From Camelus dromedarius (Eukaryota): a DNA stretch of 64,000 nucleotides. Numbering within the stretch: the first letter of the stretch is position 1; each line of letters opens with the position of its first letter. Below are positions 54,161 to 64,000 of the stretch, one piece after another. The stretch spans positions 14,694,001-14,758,000 of the forward strand of contig NC_087436.1 in NCBI RefSeq assembly GCF_036321535.1. The letters run 5' to 3'. Position numbers and translations under genes: made by a program. Below the pieces are notes generated by a model. It ran no database searches and had not been told where the DNA came from. It was given only the letters and a program-made list of their open reading frames with translations.

Positions 54161-56029
54161 CATTTTAAAGCAAGGCCAAAAAAAAAAAAATAAATAAATA
54201 AATAAATAAAGCAAGGCCAAAAAAAAAAAAAAATCAGTAGAGCAGATTTCAGAAATAATGGCATTCTTACCCAGCCAGTCAGCGTCCATTAACAAGGCAC
54301 TGATCAAGCTAGTCACCATGTCACCTGGTCTAATGGCACAAAAGGGGTCTCGGGAGGCTCCCCCTGGAGGAGTTCCACAGTGTGAGAGCTGTATAGGGGC
54401 AAATGACCTGGGTGCTCTGTCCCCATTTTTCATCCGTAAAGGGGGCCCCAAAATAAGCCCCCTCAGTAAGCCGTTGGAGGTCTGAGTAGACGATGCCTGT
54501 GATGTGCTCAGTGTGGTCTCTGGTTTATGAGTTAAAATAAAAGATAAAATAAAAAGTGCTTTATTTTATCGCTCAGTCTCAAGGTGAAAATTACATTCCA
54601 TTAAGATCTGGAAGAGAAGAATCCGCACTTTTGATCAGGTTCTGATCTGAGCAGGGACGGATGGGGAACCCGAGTTGTAGCCCATGTGTCCTACATCAAG
54701 AGGACTGGCTGCTTCTGGAGCCCCAGGGGTACGGCCGCCATCCTCTCCCTGACCTGCTTTTCCACGACCTCCTTTGAACTAGCATTGGGTTGCACTTCCA
54801 AACTCTCCCACCAGGTATCTTAAGCATTTTCTCCGCTTGGAAATACATCTCCGCAGCCAAGTGAAAATGACTAACCTTTTTGAAAAGGGAAGTCCAGAGT
54901 CATCTCTTTTGGAAATGTTGTTTTTCCCTTGAAATTTGAGATCAAAATTTCAAACAGGCCAGAGAGGGGCCAGTAGGAGAGCAGAAGCCATGCGCTGGAA
55001 GACTTCCCTTGTGTCTGTGTGAGGTCCTGCTGAAACTCAGCGTTGAGGGTGTGCGCACGGTTACTCCCAAGTGTGCAGCGCGAATGAGTCTGGGTGCATG
55101 TTGGTCCCCAGAACAGACGTGACTGGGGCGCTGTCACTGTGAGTTACTCCTGACCTTCCAAACCTGCCTAACAGACAGCAGCAGTGCCTTGAGTTCTTCA
55201 TCGGCCCTGACCGTGCTCAGGAAAGGCGCTGGAATCGGTAAGCCTCAGAGGCCTACAGGCTTGCAGGGCGGGGCCAGAGTCCGGGGGTGGGGCTTGCTGC
55301 CGTCAGCTCAGCGCCCCAGGCTGAGTCCTAAGATCCCGGTGACAGACTGCGGTCACCTGATCCTTTTGAACACATCCCAGATTGCCAGAAGCCCCCAAAC
55401 CACAGACACGCCCTGTCTGCACTTGGCGGTTTGTGGTGCTCAGGCCCCGTGGCCCCAGGCTGTTCATCTGTGTATGTTTCACTGTGGCCTCCTGGTTGGC
55501 TCTTAACTAGCAAGAGACCTAAAGGTTTCAAAGCAACTTCAGGGGCCATTAGCAAGCTTTTCTTTTTCGAGAGCTATTTAACCATCACTTGACAATGGAA
55601 ATAAGCTGTTTGTTGAAGGGGGCAGCTTGTTAATTTTCTGAGGTCATCAGTGACTTCACAAGATGGATCCTTGAATGATAAGTATGTGTGAACAAATCGG
55701 GCCTGGTATCACTACCCTCAGTGAAATTTTGGGTTTGGTTTTTTTTTTTTTTTTTCTTTTTAATTAAAGAAGCCATCAGAGGCCCAGGGTCCAACTTAAT
55801 TAAGCAACTCTGCTTCATAACCAGGGCTCCAATGAAAGGATCTCTTCAGTATTGATTGGCTGCTTCTGGAAATTGGCCCACAGGTGTGTCTTGTTGGAAA
55901 AGAAACACCAAGGAGAGGAATGCCATGACATTTCCCTTCTCTCAGAATCCAAGACTTCTGCTTTGGTGAGTATAATTCTTTAAAACTCCTAAGAGAGGAA
56001 TCGTGGTACTGTGCCTCCCCACCTCTGAC

Positions 56030-56060
<31 letters not shown>

Positions 56061-56072
56061 GCGCGCGTGCGC
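56030..56072 (+). repeat. (CA)n(CG)n alternating purine-pyrimidine tract
   Basis: cacaca...cacgcgcgcgcgtgcgc. Confidence 0.95.
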
Positions 56073-56766
56073 CCTCCATTCGCAGGGCCTGAGCGTACAC
56101 ACACCCTAGTGTTTCTGTTTATTTCCACTCAGCTAAGGAGTCATTGCAATGGGGAAAATAAATTAGAACTAAATTAGGCTGAGATTCAGAGTCCTGAAAG
56201 CATGACTGCCGATGAGCATTACTGGTTGTTTTATGTCTCTGCTGCCCGGGGCGGTGGCCTCCCACATCAGTAACCAGCAATCTGGCTAATCAGTGCACAG
56301 AACGGAAATCTGGAGAGCGGTCCAGAGCTGCTAGATGGGGAATGGCTTCCTTCTAAGTGTGTCCATCTCTAAGAGAAAAAAAAAATAGTCACTTACCTAC
56401 GGAATATACACAAATTGTTCAAAAGCCCTTACTTCACTCTTTTCCCTTGCTTACCCTGGAGAAATCCAAATTAGCAAACTTCCTATTTCAGATAATCAAC
56501 AGAGGAGAACAACAGATCAACCTGGGCTAATATCAGTAGCAGGGAAGGCCAATTAACAAATTCATGAATTGTGCTGTTTACACTTCTATTCCTAAGGTTA
56601 ATTATGTGATCAAGTAATAGCTTTTGCCTTGATTACAGGGCCCTTAGGAAATAAAAGTGTGTTTCCACGTTACAAGTATGTTTGCATTTCAGTCCTGCAT
56701 TGAAAGCACAGGATCTGAGCTTGGCAAGTGTCATCTATACACACAGCTGTAGTCAAAGGAGAGGGC

Positions 56767-57170
56767 TGTGAAAAGAGACAACAGGCCCAAATGGAGTCAC
56801 TTGTGCTAAGCCCACAACACCAAACTGAGACTTAATACTGAATGTGATCGCAGTTTCAGCCTCTCTCTGCAAAGTCATCTTAACCAGTCAGTCTGGAATT
56901 TCCTGATCAGCCCTAGTGAGGTAACTCACCTGATTAGACCCCTGACATTCCCCAAAGGAAGGGGACCTTGCCTGGAACAATCCACTCTTTGCTAGAATAA
57001 CTTTCTCATCCTGCCTCCATCTGCCTATGAAAGTCTTTCATTTTGTATAGCTCTTTGGAGCTCCTTTCTACTTGCTAGCTGGGGTACTGCCCAATTTATG
57101 AATTGTTGAATAAAGCCAAAAGTCAATAAGATCTTTAAAATTTACTCAGCTGAATTTTGTTTTTTTAACA
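56767..57170 (+). mobile_element. ERV1-class solo LTR
   Basis: ~400 bp bounded by TG...CA; TATA-like cctatgaaag and poly(A) signal gAATAAAgcc in LTR order; ends ttttgtttttttaaca. Confidence 0.8.
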
Positions 57171-57498
57171 GGATCTTAGCCTCAAGACTCCGTGTGTAAA
57201 CAGAAGCATAATTCATACAAGTACTGAAATCCACTTGTCTGTTTTCCTCTCTCCCTGCTTTGGTGGCAGGCCTCTTCCCATTACTCCCTACTGGGAAGAA
57301 TCAGTAAAGTTAGCTACTTGGCCTTAAATGTATGTACAGAAAAAAGAAACATCACCTACATTTTTGGGAGACAATCTCAGCAAGGCTGTTCCAGGTCCCT
57401 GTTGATAATGGTAGCATACATTTTTTGAGGGATTAGCTCACAGCAGGCACCTCACATGAATTAACTCATGTAATTTTTACAAAAAATCCATCAGGTAG

Positions 57499-58038
57499 TG
57501 GAGGGGAACAAAACTTGCCACCCCAAAATGTCTCTGGCATGTGGATTATTTCAAGCTAAAAATAACCAATGTCCAAAAGGCTCAGGGAAAAACTTTGACC
57601 TTCTCCCTAATTGTCCAAAAGAATGAACACAGAGCCCCTGTTCCCAGAATATAGTTATCTCCAGAGATGTCTGCAGAGAATACAGGCTGGCGTGGTGGGG
57701 GAGCTTGGGCAGAGCCTAGGGGCCAGAGTCCACTCTGTGTCCCACTGTCTCTCCGGGGGCCCAGACAACATTTATTTCTCAGACATTTGCTTTTCCATCT
57801 CCGTGTGAATTGTCTTCCTCTCCTTTGAAGTCTCAAACTTCTCTTTCGTCTTTTGCTGAGGGCGCTATTTCAATTGAGGGCTTTGGCCATTTAGTGGGTC
57901 ACTCAGTTTTCCTGGTCCTCTCCCATCGATACGTGTTATTCAAATTTTGTGTGATTTTCTTCAGTTAATCTGTCTCATGTCAACTTAATTCTTAGACCCG
58001 CCAGAAGAATCTAGAGAGAAATGTCTTCCTCCCAGACG
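57499..58038 (+). mobile_element. MER34-like ERV1 solo LTR inserted into a MIR
   Basis: ttgccaccccaaaatgtctctggcatgtggattatttcaagct...ttaatctgtctcatgtcaacttaatt...cttcctccc. The - strand MIR continues on both sides. Confidence 0.75.
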
Positions 58039-61000
58039 GTCAGTATTATCATGATCATTGTCTCTCCTCTGCAGGTGAAAAAACAGAGGCACTGAAAGAT
58101 TATGCAAATTGGCCAAGCCCGTAACAGCTAGTTAAGTCAGGATTTGAACCCAGAGCCTCCACGCTTACCCACCACACACTGTTGCTTCTCCCTTTGGACC
58201 CCGACTCTGGTGTGCGGTTTTGGAGGATAATGGGTTATTTCAACAAAATGGAGACGCAACCCCAGGAAGGTATATTGTGCTGTTTGTAATTCTTAGATGA
58301 GGTGCAAAAGTTAACCTCTTCTGCCTGCAATCACTTCTGAGCAATCTGACCCAAAGATATCAGAAAGGACATTGGTTTTTGGGGGGCTGCTGAAAGTGTT
58401 ACTGCAATGTGACCAGAGGTGTCTGATGTCTGGCTGATTCCTCCTGCCTTGCCAGGAGCTCTGGGCTGGTCCAGGTCAGGGCCCAGGGCTGGACAGATGC
58501 AGACCCTGATTGACAGGGTGGATGATGGAGAGATGGCTTATTGGTTAATTTAACAAGGGCTCCCTACAGAATTCTCTGGGTGAAGGTCACTGCACCAAAT
58601 TCATTGCATCTCTTTTCACGAGCGCACCTACTGAAAAAGAGAGGCACTATGTACAGCAGTGTGAGTTCAGGCTGCAGCGTCAGACCAGCGTCAATCAGAT
58701 CCAAGCCAGGTGACCTCAGGTGTGTTACCTAATCATCTTGCACCTCAACAGCCTCATCTGTGAAGGACTCTCTAACTCACAGGTTGCCATGAAGATGAAA
58801 CCAGATCATCGTGGTAAAGAGACTCAAAGTGGGGTCTGCAGACCAGAAGTGGCAGAATGATCAATGAGCTTCTCAGAGATACAGACTCTCGGGTCCCCTC
58901 CCAGACCTGCCGAATCACCATCTGCATGACCTCTGGGTCATTCACCTGCACGGTCCTTCATCGCAGATATTGAAATCAAAATCAGTAAAGTAACTGATGA
59001 TCGTTGCTAGTTGTAATTATATAAAGTGATGTCATCTGCCATCAACGCAACCTCAGTGTCTCCCTCCCAGTGGGGAAGTGTGACAAAGGTGAGACCTTGG
59101 AAATGAGCCACAGGGTCAGATTGGAGCCCCTGCCCTGCCTCTACTGTTCCTCATTTTCCAAATTCTCAGAGTTGAAGAGAAAACCCCTGAAGAAAGTAAC
59201 AGACATTTTCTGGGGAAACCAAAGTCGGGGAAACAAACAAATATAAAATGTGCAGCTTTTGCATCAGTCAGTGATGGAAGCTGACCACTCCTGTTGGCAC
59301 CTAAACCAGGAGAGCCTTTTGTCAAAATTATTATTTATTTTTCAGCACAACCCAAATCTCCTGCCCAATCATGGCTGGTAATTCAAGTGTACAGTCACTG
59401 CTCAAAAGTGAGTCGCCAGCCTTTAAAGAGCCCCTCTCCTTCAGAAGTCTGTTGAGAAGGCAGAGGGTTTGAAGATTAGTGCCAGCAGTGAGAGCATTTG
59501 ACTGCCCAAGTATTCAGTCTCCCTGGGACTTAGATATCTCGCTGCAGGAACTGATGTTCATTAAACTGTAAGCAAATTAGAGTTCAAGCCAAAGATATAA
59601 AGGAAGATGTAATTAGTGTAGGGAAGCCATCCACCATCGTTAGACTTCTCTTAGGTGCGAATCCCCTGCTCCGGAATTGAGTTCCTTGCACAAAAGAAGA
59701 TTATACAGCTGCTTCGTACAGGCTGCCGACACTGTTTTATCGCACTCAATTTACAATGAAATGAAGCAAAAGTTGGCAAGACTGCATTCAATCCTTAATT
59801 CTCCTTTTGGGTTTTTCCCTCCATTTTATCTTTAGAGGAACCCGGAATGGGTTGACAAATAGAGGATTTTACCAGTCAGTAAGTAAAAAAGCTATTTTAA
59901 CCAAGTGGATGCTGAATTGTGGCGGCAGGCACACTGCAGAAGCTTCCTGGGAGTCTGGGGATGAGAGGGCGCGCCATCCTTCAGCAGAACTGATTTGGAG
60001 AAAACACAGTGCTCCCTGTTCCCCGAATCGGGCTGCCCGGAAGCAGCACGGTTCTCAAGGACTCCTGACACACCCTGGGGGCTGCCCGAGCAGGCCTGGG
60101 GGGCCAGGCACAACTGGAGGGAAGCAGACAAAGGAATTGAGCTTCCAGAGGAAGAGAAATCCCATCAGACATACTGGAGCAGCTACCCTGCGGCTCCAAG
60201 AGGAGCTGTGTAAGGAGGGAAGGAAAACTTTATTCTCAGGCAGCTGAACTAGAAATCCTGGAGTCCCCTGAGTTTGTAGAACTGCCACTTGTCCCCTCTG
60301 CACACCAACCCCCCACCCCCACCCCGGCGTTGGGAGTTGACAGGGCTCGGGAAGGGCGCTCCCCCTGGATCTGGAAGGCAGCGGGAGACCAGCAAGGCCA
60401 GGGGGGCAGGCCATGGACTGGGTCCCCTACTCCCTGGGTCTGCGGAGCGACTGGATGGAGAGGGAAACTATGGAGGCAACAATCAGATAAGTCCTTGAAA
60501 GAGAAGCAGCAGCACACCGCTGCCTGGAAGGGCTCAGACCGGAACCTGAGCTTTTGGGAAGTTGGGGGCCCTGCGGGGGCCTCGCATCCAGGCTGCTGCC
60601 CCACCCCCCCACCCCCACCTGTAGCCTCGAGGTCTGACTTTGCAGGAAAGATGCTGCTGGGACTGAATGGGCTGGGAACGGGAACACTGCTTTGGAAACT
60701 AAAATCATGACAGCCATCACAGCCACCTCTCAGAGAGCTCTTTTTACAGTGAGTCCTAGAAATGGGTGAGTTTTATCTCTGTTTTATCAATGAGCAAACA
60801 GAAGCTAAGTGCACACCTGCCCTTTGCCTAAAGTTACACAAACAGAGGGTGGTAGGGATCAGAGATTAGCCTCCAGTTAGGAAACTAAAGCTACCCCACC
60901 CCCACCCCCTCCCAGTTCTAGAAAGTTCTGAAAGCTGGGAAAGGTGTCAGACATAAGATGAAACTTGAGATGTGATTTTTGAGGGAGGGCATAGAATTGG

Positions 61001-61686
61001 AAAATGGAGGAAGTGAAGGTTCAGGAAAGGAGGGGAGGAATGCAAAGAACGAAGGATCCCAAGAGAGAGCAGGGTGCTGGGAATGGAAGGAACTTCATGG
61101 TCCCAGGTTCTGGGGGATGAGGAGCGAGGCTTCTGCTCCCCATCTTGCTTGAGTCAAGAACGTTGGAAACTTCCCAGAGCCTTGAGTGTGGGGACCATGG
61201 CCAGGACGGCACCTGGAGGGACATGGCACAGACCACTCCAGAAACGCCTCCATCATGGAACATGGGGCAGTAGGGCAGCCACTGGCCTGGCAACTGAACC
61301 CCAGCTGGAGCTGGAGACCCTTCCCCCAAACTGTCCCTGCTTGGGGTCAGGAGGCCACTCCCTGGGGAGACTCTCCCCAAGTAGTAGGAAGCAGTCCTGA
61401 TACCCAGTCTCTGTTTCCATGACTCCCTGGAGGCCGCTGGGGATGGCAGGGCTCGGGGAGGTGAGGAGGAGGTGCCACACTGGCCTTCGGAACAGAGAGG
61501 AGATGGGGGTGTGATGCCAGGGCCAGGTCACAGGAAGCAGTTTTTTCCCGGAGCTCTGTCAGTCTAAGGTGGTTTGCTTTCCCTTTGATGGTGATGTCCC
61601 TCTTCCTAAAAGCACCATGTGTTTAGTGTTTTTTGTTTGTTTTATAAATTGTGTATTTTCAACTTAATTTTCTATAAAATACAGAG

Positions 61687-63057
61687 GAATAAACCTTACC
61701 AAGGAGGTGAAAGACTTACACATGGAGAACTATAGAACATTGATTAAGGAAATTAAAGATGATTTAAAGAGGAAAGATATCCCTTACTCTTGGATTGGAA
61801 GAATTAATGTTGCTAAAAAGTCTCTACTACCCAAAGCAATCTATAGATTTTAATGTGACCTCTATCAAATTACTCAGGACATTTTTCACAACTAGAACAA
61901 ATAATCCTAAAATTTATATGGAATCACAGAAGACCCAGAATTCCCAAAGCAGTTTCAAAAAAAAAAAAAAAAAAAAGAAGAAGAAGAAGAAGCTGGAGGC
62001 ATAACCCTTGCAGACTTCAGACAATACTACAGAGCTACAGTAATCCAAACAGCATGGTGTTGGCACAAAATCAGACACTTATGGCTCAATGGAGCAGAAT
62101 GGAGAGCCCAGAAATAAACCCACACACCTATGGTCAATTAATCTGAGAGACAGAGGTAAGAATATACAATAGAGAAAAGACAGTTTCTTCAGCAAACAGG
62201 TGTTGGAAAAGCTGAACAGCTGCATGTAAATCAGTGAAGCTAGAGCACCCCCTCACACCACACACAAAAATAAACTCAAAATCGCTTTAAGTCTTAAACA
62301 TAATACAAGACACTGTAAACCTCCTAGAAGAAAACACAGGCAAAATATTTCTTGATATAAACCTTAGCAGTGTTCTCCTAGGGCAGTCTACCAAGGCAAT
62401 ATAAATAAAGGTAAAAACAAATGGGACCTAATTAAACTTAAAAATTTTTGCACAGCAAGGGAAGCTATAAACAAAACAAAAAGACAACCTATGGAATGGG
62501 AGAAAATATTTGCAAATGATGTGACTGACAAGGGTTTAATTTCCAGAATATACAAACAGCTCATACAACTCAATAACAAAAAAAAACAAACAACCCAATT
62601 GAAAAATGGACAGAAGACCTAAACAAACGCTTCTCCAGTGAAGGCATACAAATGGCCAATAGGTACATGAAAAATGCTCAGTATTGCTAATTATCAGAGA
62701 AATGCAAATCAAAACTACAATGAGATATCCCCTCACACCAGTCAGAATGGCCATTATTCAAAAGTCCACAAACGATAAATGCTGGAGAGGGTGTGGAGAA
62801 AAGGAACCCTCTTATGCTGTTGGTGGGAATGTAGTTTGGTGCTGCCACTATGGAAAACAGCATGGAGATTCCTTTAAAAACTGAAAATAGACTTACCATA
62901 TGATCCAATAATTCCACTCCTGGGCATATATCTGGAGGAAACGCTAATTCAAAAAGATACATGCACCCAAATATTCACAGCAGCACTATTTACAATAGCT
63001 AAGACATGGAAACAACCTAAGTGTCCATTGACAGATGACTAGATAAAGAAGATGTGG

Positions 63058-63117
<60 letters not shown>

Positions 63118-63589
63118 GAATACTACTCAGCTATATAAAAAATGCCATTTGCAGTAACATGAATGGATCTGGAGATTGTCGTACTAAACAAAGCCAGAAA
63201 GAGAAAGATATCATATCATACCATATGTTATCACTTGTATGTGGAAATCTAAAAAAATGACACAAATGAACTTATTTACAAAACAGAAATAGACTCACAG
63301 ATGTAGGAAACAAACTTATGGTTACCAGGGGAAGGGGAGGGTGGAGGGATAAATTGGGAGTTTGGGAGTTGCAGATACTAACTACTACATATATATTATA
63401 TATATATATATATAATAGATAAACCACAAGGTCCTACTGTATAGCACAGGGAAGTATATTCAATACCTTGTAGTAGCCAATAATGAAAAGAATATGAAAA
63501 GAAATATATGTGTGTATAACTGAACCACTGTGCTGTACACCAGAAATTAACACAACATTGTAAACCGACTGTACTTCAATTAAAAAAAA
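61687..63589 (+). mobile_element. 5'-truncated L1 (ORF2 3' part plus 3'UTR), cetartiodactyl-type, inactive
   Basis: ORF2 remnants ([22 protein letters not shown]...[11 protein letters not shown]) with frameshifts; 3'UTR ggagggataaattgggagtttggga; A tail at ~63582; internal (CA)n at 63066-63115 and A/AAG expansion at 61957-61992. Confidence 0.93.
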
Positions 63590-64000
63590 TAGATTGCAGT
63601 AAAATACTGGAAAAAAAATTAATTTTCTCAGTGGCTTTTAAGACATTTGAACCAAGAATCACTTGTTGAAACACTGATGGGGGTGGAGGCAGGGGAATGA
63701 AATAGAAAGAGATGAGACTAAAAGTCCTTTCTCCCAGTTCTATAAATGAATCATTTAAAAAAATTCCCAAAGCAGTAATAGATCTGCCGGTTGGCGTGGG
63801 AACAGCGGTACCCGGCACAAACGAGCTGTTTCCCGGGCTGGTCTGTCAACGCCCAGATTCCTCAATTAATATTTCTGAAAGGCCGCACAGTGTGGCTGAT
63901 GAGGATGCTCCGTTTGCTGTCCTGGGCATCAGTCAGGCAGCTGGTCCATAATATTTTGTAAAAGAAATCAGTCCTGCAGCAGTGGTTGAGCAGAGATAGG

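Noticed and set aside
59807..61531. Cluster of 70-146 aa ORFs on both strands
   Set aside because: GC-rich sequence depletes stop codons. Translations are low-complexity G/P/S-rich with no homology I recognise.
61795..63260. ORFs in the terminal L1 as genes or as an active element
   Set aside because: Frameshifted ORF2 fragments and antisense ORFs of a 5'-truncated L1.
1..64000. A novel multi-gene system, CRISPR array or prokaryote-like operon
   Set aside because: The window is explained by one known gene, ordinary mammalian repeats and non-coding DNA. There are no regularly spaced repeats and no long unexplained ORFs.

Overview
Mammalian genomic DNA, probably camelid judging by two Vic-1-like tRNA-derived SINEs. 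It holds the 3' part of FBXW7 (Fbw7/hCDC4, the SCF ubiquitin-ligase substrate receptor) on the + strand. Present are the beta-specific first coding exon (15576-15836) and all ten common coding exons (18297-45318). These splice through GT-AG introns with consistent phases into an intact 627-aa beta isoform: 261 + 1623 nt, covering the dimerization region, F-box and WD40 propeller. A ~1.65 kb 3'UTR follows, with poly(A) signal at 46942. I found no alpha or gamma first exon, so they presumably lie upstream of the window. The rest is AT-rich intron (1-45 kb) and more GC-rich intergenic DNA (47-64 kb) with L1, L2, MIR, DNA-transposon and ERV1 LTR relics and microsatellites. I find no evidence of a new gene system. 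The best leads are regulatory or evolutionary: three stacked ATGs in three frames at the beta start, a p53-like element inside the beta CDS, a miR-25/92 seed overlapping the poly(A) signal, local GC/CpG-gain patches in the WD40 exons, a CpG/ETS-rich patch just past the gene end, and a tail-only retrotransposon insertion. Repeat family names and comparisons with human come from memory, not from searches.
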